Of a stretch of 27,685 bases of DNA, positions 27,166 to 27,685 are shown in pieces (the first letter of the stretch is position 1; the number at the start of each line of letters is the position of its first letter). The notes beneath the pieces were generated by a model. It searched no databases, was not told the origin of the DNA, and was given only the letters and a program-made list of their open reading frames with translations. The translations under genes and the position numbers were made by a program. Origin of the DNA: a virus (taxonomy: Duplodnaviria > Caudoviricetes). The DNA is taken from positions 1-27,685 of the IMG/VR virus record IMGVR_UViG_3300017754_001066; one strand, given 5' to 3'.

Positions 27166-27685
27166 TATCTATAAGGAATAAATCCTTTAAAATTATTACA
27201 CCAACCTTTTACATGTTCTAATTTTTCATTATTGTATTTCCAATCTGAATAAAAATTATATTCATCATTACTCATAGCTTTAGCACAATGTTCAAATGGA
27301 GAAAAATGACCTGACTCTAATAATCTATCATGTAACTTTAAATCATTATCATAATTAGGTTCTTTACCTTCTTCACCTACTACTGTATAAGATACTCTTG
27401 CACATCTTGCTGTAGAAACTTTTAAATTAAAAGAACTTGAAGCACTATACCATTCATCACCAAAAGGAATATGCCATTCACCAGCTTGTAATTGTTTAGG
27501 AATAGATTCATTATAAACTTCTTTCATTTTTCTTGCTAACTTTTGAATATGAATTTCAGCAGCTTCATGATCTCTTAAATCAAAAAAGTTTTCTAATCCT
27601 TCTTTTCCTGATGTCATAATTACTGTATGCCACATAAATGGTTCTAGAATTCTATTACATAGCTGTTTAGTTACAGGAATACTAT
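27147..27685 (-). CDS. thyX: Flavin-dependent thymidylate synthase ThyX-like (5'-truncated by the window edge)
   Basis: The frame stays open to the window edge (SIPVTKQLCNRILEPFMWHTV...). Motifs are KQ..NRILEP, NFFDLR..AAEIHI, ARCARVSY and GHFSPFEH. The RHRxxSxxxxSxR signature is not within the window. Confidence 0.8.
   Translation of the reverse strand, partial: SIPVTKQLCNRILEPFMWHTVIMTSGKEGLENFFDLRDHEAAEIHIQKLARKMKEVYNESIPKQLQAGEWHIPFGDEWYSASSSFNLKVSTARCARVSYTVVGEEGKEPNYDNDLKLHDRLLESGHFSPFEHCAKAMSNDEYNFYSDWKYNNEKLEHVKGWCNNFKGFIPYRYLIDKK

Noticed and set aside
2-27685. Stop-codon reassignment (TAG or TGA), known in some crAss-like phages
   Set aside because: Genes are full-length and densely packed in the standard code. 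The one TAG stop noted (23594-23596) falls right at the convergent terminator, so there is no evidence of recoding.
1-27685. tRNA, CRISPR array, integrase or transposase
   Set aside because: Intergenic gaps are all under about 80 nt, with no cloverleaf or repeat-spacer pattern, and no recombinase motifs were seen.

Overview
AT-rich (roughly 30% GC by eye) fragment of a crAss-like (Crassvirales-type) phage genome, probably with a Bacteroidota host, read in the standard genetic code. The first 23.6 kb on the + strand is a four-gene module of putative virion-packaged (ejection/cargo) proteins. Its centre is a 5042-aa polyprotein with a two-barrel virion RNA polymerase (RIPT...DFDVDK), followed by a zincin-like domain with a broken HExxH and a C-terminal SF1 (Dda/RecD-like) helicase domain whose catalytic motifs are all degenerate. 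The last 4 kb runs convergently on the - strand. It holds a 5'-truncated, apparently circularly permuted ThyX, an anticodon-domain-less class II Asn/Asp-tRNA-synthetase paralog, a small HExxH protein, a SleB-like cell wall hydrolase, a dUTPase, a spanin candidate and a DUF3310 protein. Three intrinsic terminators and one Bacteroidota-type promoter punctuate this cluster. CpG is almost absent from the whole window. All assignments come from motif recognition by eye; no database searches were run.
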